A DNA stretch of 64,000 nucleotides from a virus (lineage: Duplodnaviria > Caudoviricetes): positions 25,314 to 89,313 of IMG/VR virus record IMGVR_UViG_3300021255_001866; one strand, written 5' to 3'. Positions 1 through 7,630 of this stretch are shown here, in pieces. The translations under genes were made by a program, and so were the position numbers. Each line of letters starts with the position of its first letter. Position 1 is the stretch's first letter. Under the pieces are notes generated by a model. The model made no database searches, was not told the DNA's origin, and saw only the letters and a program-made list of their open reading frames with translations.

Positions 1-2
1 GA

Positions 3-317
3 GTAACTGGTGGCCGAAAAATTAGTGGTATTTATAAAATTACTTATAAAGAAACAGGAGAAGCATATATTGGAAAGACAACCGACTTTGCCACTCGTTG
101 GCAAAACCATTGTAAAACCGCTATTGGGCTTGAAGGGGCGGCGCGGGCAACTTTACACAATCGCTTGGGTCAAGATGGTCTTTGGAATTACACCTTCGAA
201 ATCCTCGAAGAAGTGGACAAAGATAATTTATCCTCACGTGAAGCATTTTATATTGATCTTTACGGAACAAAGTCGCAATTAAACATGAAGAGTGGAGATA
301 AAAATGGAACTTAGTAA
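3..317 (+). CDS. GIY-YIG nuclease domain protein, 5' end outside the window
   Basis: Frame 3 reads ISGIYKITYKETGEAYIGKT...RWQNH...FEILEEV...REAFYI, a GIY-YIG signature. Ends TAG-TAA (312-317). Missing from the ORF track. Confidence 0.75.
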
Positions 318-1338
318 GATACAGCAAGAAATAGTAAATACGAATAAACCATATGTTGCAGTCGTTGCGGCGGCCGCGGCCGGCAAGACGAGAGTATTAA
401 CAGAAAGAGTGCGGAAGATGTTAAAGGATGGGATTAATCCAAAGGACATCGCAGTAATTACATTTACTAATCTCGCCGCACAAGAGCTACAAGAACGACT
501 AGCCGGTGACTATAAGCCAGGAATCTATATTGGCACAATTCATGGCTTGGCCGCCTACTTTTTACGGCTTAATGGTGTGGATGTCGGAGAGATGGCTGAT
601 AAGAAAGAATTTGATGAGTTCTTTGAGATATTGCGGGCGCATCCGAATTATGTAAGGCATATTCCGCACATACTTCTTGATGAAGCTCAAGACACATCTC
701 CTAATGAATATGAGTTTATTTTTGATATGATTAGTCCAGATACTTTTTTTGTAGTAGGGGATTACAGGCAAGCAATCTATTCTTTTAAAGGCGCTGATCC
801 AGAATTGTTTGATAAGTTGATTACCGATCCAGGAGTATCGGTATATAGTTTAAATGAGAATTATCGAAATGGCGATAAAATATTAAAGTTTGCGAAAAAA
901 GTTCTTGGAAAGAAAAACTCAGTAGATGATTCTATTCCAATGCGGCAAGGTGGTATAGTTTGGGAAGGAGACGCAACACTTTCTAATCTAAAGAACTGGA
1001 TCAAAGAAACTGGGGAATATAAAGATTGGGCAGTTCTTTGTACAACGAATAAAATTATTCAAGAAGTGTGCGGTCTACTTGAAGCAAATGGAATACCAAC
1101 TATCACTTTTAAACAAGGTGAAGTAACAAAAGATCAACTTGAGAGTAATATGAATAGTAATAAAGTAAAGGTTTTAACATATCATTCTGCAAAAGGTTTG
1201 GAATTTCCATATGTTGCCGCTTGGAAACCAAAGAATTGGGGCGGAGATGAGACTGATAGAGTCAATTATGTTGGAGCTACACGAGCAAAAGATGTATTAC
1301 TTTGGATGAAAGAAAAAAAGAAGAGTAAGTGGTTTTAA
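304..1338 (+). CDS. Compact SF1 UvrD/Rep-like helicase
   Basis: Motifs AAAAAGKT, DEAQD, VGDYRQAIYSF, NYRNG, TYHSAKGLEF, YVGATRAK. ATG at 304 follows a GGAG RBS. Confidence 0.9.
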   Translation: MELSKIQQEIVNTNKPYVAVVAAAAAGKTRVLTERVRKMLKDGINPKDIAVITFTNLAAQELQERLAGDYKPGIYIGTIHGLAAYFLRLNGVDVGEMADKKEFDEFFEILRAHPNYVRHIPHILLDEAQDTSPNEYEFIFDMISPDTFFVVGDYRQAIYSFKGADPELFDKLITDPGVSVYSLNENYRNGDKILKFAKKVLGKKNSVDDSIPMRQGGIVWEGDATLSNLKNWIKETGEYKDWAVLCTTNKIIQEVCGLLEANGIPTITFKQGEVTKDQLESNMNSNKVKVLTYHSAKGLEFPYVAAWKPKNWGGDETDRVNYVGATRAKDVLLWMKEKKKSKWF

Positions 1339-1339
1339 C

Positions 1340-2368
1340 TTACTCTTCTTTTATTGTATCTTTATCTACCCAGCCAAATACATTTGATGTACTACCTAAT
1401 GTTTTTATTAGGTGGTAAGGGTGTTTTGCTGTATTTTTTATGATAGTAATACGTGCTTTACCTGGTGTTGCGTCTGAACCAGCGGCCGCGTTTGCTGTTG
1501 CATAATGCTTGCCGCCGAGAAATTCAATAATTGTACCAGTTTTTAAAGTAGTTTGAGAAGTGCTTGGTTTTGAATAAGGACCAAGCGCTTTTTGAATTGC
1601 GGCGAGTGTATCTGGGCCAGCTTCGCCATCTGCAAGAAGGTTGTGGTCTTGTTGGAATTTGTAGACGGCTTTGTAAGTGTTTTCACCAAAGTCTCCATCT
1701 GCACCATCTGGGCCGCAAGTATATCCAAGATGAATTAGGTCATTTTGGAGTTTTTTCACTTGTGCGCCGGTGTCACCACGACGAAGAATTGTTGTGGTGG
1801 TTGGGGATGGAGTGATGGGAATAGATGGTAAATCAATATCTGAGATGCTGTCGGCATATTGCCAGCGTGGCCGCCCATATCCTTGGATTTGTCCGTTGGA
1901 TTTGTTGTAAGAATGGCGTGAGACTTGGTCAGATGAATTACCTTCTATTGTAGTAATTTGATTACCGCTGACGGTTTCGACTATGCCGGTATGGCCGTAT
2001 GTGAAGAAGATTTGATCGCCGGGTTGTGGAGATCGTGTCCATTGATTTGCTTGCTGGTAGTAGCTTGCGGAATAGATACATCCGGCACCCGCGCTATTAA
2101 GTGGCTGGCATAGCATTTTCATTGCGGTTTCTTTGCCGAAGCACTTGTAGAAGAGCCAGTCAACAAATACATCACACCAAGCATATCCATTTTTTAGGCC
2201 GTTATAGAAGTTACTAAGCGAGTCAAGGTCGCGCGCATATTTGGTGTAGTTACCACCACCAGGATTTGCGGTTTTACTATCTAATTGGCTATTACTTGAT
2301 TTTTCGTGATAGCCAATTTCGTTTCTGGCGAGATTTAATACAGCATTAATTGCTTCTTGCTGAGTCAT
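1340..2368 (-). CDS. Endolysin: CHAP catalytic domain, peptidoglycan-binding domain and C-terminal SH3-like region
   Basis: CHAP motifs AWCDVFV and GHTGIVE...IEGN; PGBD motif LRRGDTG.QVKKLQ..L..LGY...DGDFG.NT..AV..FQ. Adjacent to holin-like genes. Confidence 0.9.
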   Translation of the reverse strand: MTQQEAINAVLNLARNEIGYHEKSSNSQLDSKTANPGGGNYTKYARDLDSLSNFYNGLKNGYAWCDVFVDWLFYKCFGKETAMKMLCQPLNSAGAGCIYSASYYQQANQWTRSPQPGDQIFFTYGHTGIVETVSGNQITTIEGNSSDQVSRHSYNKSNGQIQGYGRPRWQYADSISDIDLPSIPITPSPTTTTILRRGDTGAQVKKLQNDLIHLGYTCGPDGADGDFGENTYKAVYKFQQDHNLLADGEAGPDTLAAIQKALGPYSKPSTSQTTLKTGTIIEFLGGKHYATANAAAGSDATPGKARITIIKNTAKHPYHLIKTLGSTSNVFGWVDKDTIKEE

Positions 2369-2685
2369 TCGACATTAATTTCTTTGGAAACGTCGCAGAT
2401 CTTATCAATCATTTCTCCAACAACATCCCAATCAATTTCGTAATTTAATGTACTGGCCACGGCTTTGAGTTCATTAATAACCCATTCTTTCTTGTCGGCA
2501 CCTTTGTCAAACATAGTCTCGGCTTGAGACATAAGATTCATAACGAGTACGAGCATAGAACTCCAATTCTTTTCTTTTGCGTTCTTTTTGACGTATTCAA
2601 TTAATTTGACAACAAGTGGGACGAGGATCGCAATGCCGCTGAGTATAGAGATAATTGCTTGAATCCAGAAATTAAAATGTTCCAT
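2365..2685 (-). CDS. Putative holin (LL-H-like)
   Basis: N-terminal hydrophobic helix and GADKKEWV motif; overlaps the endolysin start. Confidence 0.65.
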   Translation of the reverse strand: MEHFNFWIQAIISILSGIAILVPLVVKLIEYVKKNAKEKNWSSMLVLVMNLMSQAETMFDKGADKKEWVINELKAVASTLNYEIDWDVVGEMIDKICDVSKEINVE

Positions 2686-2689
2686 TGAA

Positions 2690-2953
2690 TTATCCTCCGT
2701 TGTTCATTTCTTTCATTAATTCTTCTTGGTGCTTTTGGTCTTCGAGTTGCCATTCACGTTCACGATAGCGTTCTTTTGTAGATTTAATGAGTCCCATAAA
2801 GCCACATTCTCCAGTACAAGCTACGAAGAAGCAAGTACAAAGTGTATCTGGAATGGCACCGGTAATAAGATAGATGTATATCATTATTGCGGTGAAGATG
2901 AAGACAGAGATACCAATAAGGATTAAGATTGTATCCATTGTTTTTCTTTTCAT
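2690..2953 (-). CDS. Small two-TM membrane protein in the lysis cassette
   Basis: Two hydrophobic stretches and a charged C-terminus; directly upstream of the holin. Confidence 0.5.
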   Translation of the reverse strand: MKRKTMDTILILIGISVFIFTAIMIYIYLITGAIPDTLCTCFFVACTGECGFMGLIKSTKERYREREWQLEDQKHQEELMKEMNNGG

Positions 2954-3107
2954 GGAGTTTCACCTTCAGAAGAAAGTAAAAGAAATGTGGTTATATTATA
3001 GAGAAGTGATTTAAAGCGCTTTTAATCTTATAAATCTTTGTACTTCTCCTATTTTTCTCCACTTTTTATTGAAAACTAATACTCTCTTTTAGGAGGATTA
3101 AATTTTA

Positions 3108-5228
3108 ATGAGTGTTTTAAAAAGATATAACGGCACTACTTGGGAAATAGTCGGTCCAGAAATTACGTCCACTCGTTTCGATTCGATCGACGACATGATC
3201 GCGCCTGAGTATAGCCCGACTGAAACATATAATGTAGGCGACTACGTTGTACAAAGCGATCATTTATATAGATGTATAAGTACAATTGAGACTGCGGAAG
3301 AATGGACGCCAGAACACTGGACGGCAGCAAAAGTAGCCGATGAAGTTTCTGACTTAAATCGAGCATTAATGAAAGAAATTGTATCAACAAACTTTGCTGT
3401 TAATGGTGGAATACGTGCATCAACTGGTGAAGTTGTTTCTGGTTCTAATCGGCTGACAAGTGTTACTGCATTTTCTGGACAGGCATATTACTTCGTGAGG
3501 GCAATAAACGATTATTCGTTTTTCGTTTATGCTTGGGACGGCAACACATATTTAGGTTCATACCGAAATGGAGCATTTTCTCCAACTACAGGAGCAGAAA
3601 GTTTAACATCATTTCAGTTTATCAGATATCCTTCCTCATATCTATTTAAGTTAGTTGTAAAACGCCCGGGCGCCGAGACGATAGAGCTTTCCGAATCAAG
3701 TAATATTTTGTTTGTTGTTAATGCAATAAATCTTGACACTACATTAACGATATCAGGAGACGCGGCAGACGCAAAAGCTGTAGGAGATGCACTAGCATTA
3801 AAGGCAACAATTGCGGATGTTTTGAATTTTATGTATGCCGGGCGCGATTCATCGAGGGTAACCCCATTACCATTCGGGCACTACAGGACTAACGGGTTAT
3901 CTGCTGTTGATTTCAGGGAGATGCCGCTGAACACATATATATACTCGACGTTCGCCATGATTAAAACCGGCTTGTCAGATACGGGAATGCCAGATAACGA
4001 CTGGAGCGACAGCGATTATATATGTATGGTTCGCAATGCCGCTGGATTAGCAAATAGTAACGTGTCAATTATAACGCTATATAATTACACGAAAACGCGC
4101 ATGCTGACGATGTTGTATTTTGCGACAGCATCGACGAATAAATTCCGCTGGATTACAACAGGCGTAGTCAACAATAACGAAATTGAATATGTTATCAATC
4201 AATATGCGAATGAGTATAATGTGGCAGCATCGCCGAGCATAACGACGGATACGAATAATTATTTGCAGCCAAATGGCAGCACAGACATGGCCACGGCCAT
4301 AGTAACAATGCTCACACAGACGGGCGTGTGCAACCTTGCACCCGGTGACTTCTACGTTTCCGGCGTTGAAATGCCGAACGATACCATGATTCGTGGTAGC
4401 GGCTCAAAGACAAGGATTATTCTGCTCGATTCCGTTTCGGACGGGTATGCCGTCAAAATGGGGTCACGGTGCATTGTTGAAGATTGCTACATCCTGGGAC
4501 AGACTTCATCTTATTCACCCACTTCGACAATCGGAACACGGCACGGAATTTTGTGGCAAGGCACGGCAACACCGGAAACGATCACTTCAGATAAGCCGCT
4601 CCGTGGCACGATTTCAAATTGCTATATCAGCAACTTCTCCGGTGGTGGCATCTATTGCCAAGGAACCGGAACGGGTATCAGTAATTGCCTCAACGTTGTT
4701 AATGTTTTCGTGAACAATTGCGCCGTTGGCGTTTACATTCCGCTTCTCAGCGAATTTAACAGATTCACGAACGTTGATTGCCGTGGGTGCTATTACGGGA
4801 GCATCAACAACGGGGGGAACAACGTTTTCACGAACTGCGGATTTTCCAAGAATATCGTTGGGATCATGATTGACAACTCAAACGGTCAATCAACGAACAG
4901 CGCACACGGAACATACAACGGATGTGTTTTCAACCATTCCGGGGCAAGTAATGACGGGGTGGCCTTGAAACTGTTGGGGATTACTGCCCGTGAGATTTTT
5001 ACGGGATGCCAAATTTTCTTCGGTACGGTTGAGATTGAAAACAGTAAGGGCATTGTTATCAACGCCTGTAACTTTGGGAGCAATATTCCGATCAATATTA
5101 CAGGCGGCAAAACGGTGCTTTTCACCGGGTGCGTTTTCTCCGATGCTCCGACTATCACGGTTGAGAGCAACACGGACACCCATTTCGTGAACTGCTACAC
5201 CGGGGACGGGGTAGCAGTTGAACCGTGA
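3108..5228 (+). CDS. Tailspike-like receptor-binding protein with C-terminal right-handed beta-helix (pectate-lyase-like)
   Basis: N-terminal Y.VGDYV....LYRC...W repeat shared with 7631-10606. The C-terminus has G/N/C-rich beta-helix repeats (LAPGDFYVSGVEM...GSGSKTRI, ISNCYISNFSGGGIY). No TAG. Confidence 0.72.
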   Translation: MSVLKRYNGTTWEIVGPEITSTRFDSIDDMIAPEYSPTETYNVGDYVVQSDHLYRCISTIETAEEWTPEHWTAAKVADEVSDLNRALMKEIVSTNFAVNGGIRASTGEVVSGSNRLTSVTAFSGQAYYFVRAINDYSFFVYAWDGNTYLGSYRNGAFSPTTGAESLTSFQFIRYPSSYLFKLVVKRPGAETIELSESSNILFVVNAINLDTTLTISGDAADAKAVGDALALKATIADVLNFMYAGRDSSRVTPLPFGHYRTNGLSAVDFREMPLNTYIYSTFAMIKTGLSDTGMPDNDWSDSDYICMVRNAAGLANSNVSIITLYNYTKTRMLTMLYFATASTNKFRWITTGVVNNNEIEYVINQYANEYNVAASPSITTDTNNYLQPNGSTDMATAIVTMLTQTGVCNLAPGDFYVSGVEMPNDTMIRGSGSKTRIILLDSVSDGYAVKMGSRCIVEDCYILGQTSSYSPTSTIGTRHGILWQGTATPETITSDKPLRGTISNCYISNFSGGGIYCQGTGTGISNCLNVVNVFVNNCAVGVYIPLLSEFNRFTNVDCRGCYYGSINNGGNNVFTNCGFSKNIVGIMIDNSNGQSTNSAHGTYNGCVFNHSGASNDGVALKLLGITAREIFTGCQIFFGTVEIENSKGIVINACNFGSNIPINITGGKTVLFTGCVFSDAPTITVESNTDTHFVNCYTGDGVAVEP

Positions 5229-5481
5229 TTCTGATGTAAAGGACGTTTTAAAAAATAATCTTACAAAAATTTCTCCCGCAAAATTTCCAAATTTTTCTCC
5301 AATTTTATATAGCTCTTCTCCACTAGTTCTACTTAGTACTGTAAGGAAAAAGAGTTGAAATAAATGGCCCTTACACCCTAAACTGTTTAGCGGTTCAGTT
5401 TCTCGCTTTACACCCGCTTAAAATTATCAAAATTTTAAATAATCTATATCACAACTTTACTTAGTAGTGAAAGGAGTAGTA

Positions 5482-5940
5482 ATGGCTGGATATAATACAC
5501 CAAACTTAGGTTCTCTCCAACAACAGATCCAAGGACTTCAACAGCAATATCAAGCACTTACTGGACAAAATCAATTTATTCCTCAAGTTCCAGTACCTGT
5601 ACAAGTCCCGGTTCCTATTCCTTCCCGGCAAGTTCAATATGTAGAAGGTATGCAAGGCGCGAAGCTCTACCAAGATAATCTTCCATCTAATAGTTCTGAA
5701 ATAATTATGGATAAAGATGAAAACATCTTCTACATGGTTTCTAAAGATGCAAATGGAACACCTTCAAAACATATAACTCGCTGTCGTTTTGAAATAGACG
5801 AAACACCAGAAGAAGAGCCTACATTTTTAACTCGAAAAGACTTGGACGATTTCAAAGAAGAAATTCGTCAATTATTCGCAAGTCAATCTCAATCTCAAAA
5901 ACAAGTAACACTTAGTTCTAATGCCCCAAAGAAGGGCTAA
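5482..5940 (+). CDS. Q/P-rich hypothetical protein, gene 1 of a four-gene cassette
   Basis: Intact ORF with GGAG RBS; QYVEGMQGAK...MDKDENIFY pattern. Confidence 0.7.
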   Translation: MAGYNTPNLGSLQQQIQGLQQQYQALTGQNQFIPQVPVPVQVPVPIPSRQVQYVEGMQGAKLYQDNLPSNSSEIIMDKDENIFYMVSKDANGTPSKHITRCRFEIDETPEEEPTFLTRKDLDDFKEEIRQLFASQSQSQKQVTLSSNAPKKG

Positions 5941-5953
5941 AAAGGAGAATATA

Positions 5954-6262
5954 ATGAATAGTTTATTAGGTGGAATTGGAAATGCTTTTATGAATATGGC
6001 GCGCGGGCAATCTGCGATGCCAAAAATGGCGGCTACAGCTCAGCCGCAAATGCCTAATATTCTTATGCAAGCTATGGGCGCAGCACTTCGTGGAGAAGAT
6101 CCACATACTTTTATGCAGAACCTTGCGGCTCAGCATCCACAGCTCAAGTAGTATGATCTATCGAATTTACAACAAACCGCGCAGTAGGTATGTCAACAAA
6201 ATGGTGTTGATATGCAATCGGCCATTGATTAGATAGATAATATTACTTCTTCAATTACGTAA
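5954..6262 (+). CDS. Gln/Met-rich hypothetical protein with 3 in-frame TAG (cassette gene 2)
   Basis: Read-through gives ...QLK(Q)YDLSNLQQTAQ(Q)VCQQNGVDMQSAID(Q)IDNITSSIT then TAA at 6260. Confidence 0.7.
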
Positions 6263-6362
6263 TCACCATATAAGTAAAATCATGTAAGTAATATTATCTG
6301 ATGAACTTATATGGATTTTACTTATGTGTTGAAATTTATATATATTCGGAGGAATACTTGAA

Positions 6363-6893
6363 ATGAATGGTAATTCTACGAGTTCTTTCTTTGGATCTGA
6401 CTGGCTCGGTGCCTTTCTGATCATTGCTGTTCTGTTTGGTGGTTTTGGTGGCTTTGGCTTTGGTGGCCGTGGATATGGCCCTGGCAATTATGCCACTCCA
6501 GAGTATGTGCAGAGTGTTGTTAATAATCAGTCTACTCAGACCGGTCTTCGTGATATCCTTCTGTCTTCTGCTAATAACAATTATGAGACTGCCCAACTCA
6601 TTAACCAGCAGACCAACACCCTTCAGCAGCAGAATTATGCAAATCAGATTAACGTTGTTCAAGGCTTCAATGCTATCCAGCAAGCCATTTCGGCTCTCGG
6701 TTATCAGATGGATTCTTGCTGCTGCTCTATCAAGACTCAGATGCTCCAAGACAAGTACGAGCAGCTTGAAAATGCTTATCGTACCGCTCAAAATGATCTG
6801 TCTAATGCAGCACAGAGCCAGTATATTCTCAATGCGCTTGGCCGCTTCGTGGCATATCCACCGGCCGCAGCTACTATTGCTACTCAAGGCTAA
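6363..6893 (+). CDS. Gly-rich-membrane / Q-N-rich coiled-coil protein with CCC motif (cassette gene 3)
   Basis: WLGAFLIIAVLFGGFGGFGFGG followed by a Q/N-rich region with DSCCC; intact ORF with RBS. Confidence 0.75.
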   Translation: MNGNSTSSFFGSDWLGAFLIIAVLFGGFGGFGFGGRGYGPGNYATPEYVQSVVNNQSTQTGLRDILLSSANNNYETAQLINQQTNTLQQQNYANQINVVQGFNAIQQAISALGYQMDSCCCSIKTQMLQDKYEQLENAYRTAQNDLSNAAQSQYILNALGRFVAYPPAAATIATQG

Positions 6894-6955
6894 GGACTTG
6901 TGTAGTAGAAAGCGGGTAAGAAATTACCCGCTATTTTTTATAAGGAGAGATAAAG

Positions 6956-7267
6956 ATGAAAATTATTAAATGTTTAGAAGATTTTATTCATGAAGAGATT
7001 CATGATGGAGAGAAATATATTAAAAAGGCACTGGAGATTAGAGAAGAGTATCCAGAAGTGGCTGAAGTATTAAATATGCTAAGTGCGGAAGAGATGAAGC
7101 ATATGCAGATGCTTCATAATGCGGTTGTGAAGATTATTGAGAATTATCGGAGGGAAAAGGGAGAACCGCCTGCTGCGATGATGGCAGTGTATGAGTATCT
7201 GCATGAGAAGTATATTGAAGAAGCAAAAGAAGTTAAAGTTTTACAGTAGATGTATATGGAGAAATAA
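6956..7267 (+). CDS. Ferritin-like four-helix protein (cassette gene 4), 1 in-frame TAG
   Basis: Paired HEEIHD and EEMKH motifs; read-through of TAG 7247 adds QMYMEK before TAA. Confidence 0.65.
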
Positions 7268-7485
7268 GATTTAAAGAAGAATTGTGGTGCATATCCATGT
7301 CAAAAGACAGTGCTAAAGGAGATATGCAAGCGTCAGTTCGTGAGGGGGAGATTGACGCACTTAAAGAAAAATTTAAATTACTTCGACATATAAAAATAAT
7401 ACGTCAGACATATATGTCTGGCGTATTTTTACTACGTACTGGGCGGCCGGTCTATCGCTTGGCCGCATTCAACATATAAAATATA

Positions 7486-7511
7486 GGTAGAAAAGATAAC
7501 TTTTCTACCTA
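7486..7511. terminator. Bidirectional rho-independent terminator
   Basis: AGGTAGAAAAG-ATAA-CTTTTCTACCT between convergent genes. Confidence 0.7.
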
Positions 7512-7630
7512 TTGAAGTAATTTAAATTTTTCTTTTAATGTGTGACTGTTGTAGACCAAGGACGAGCGCAGGCACTTATCCTATCTAACTGAGCCACAGT
7601 TTGTTCTGTTTTTCTGACTTAAAGCGTCCT

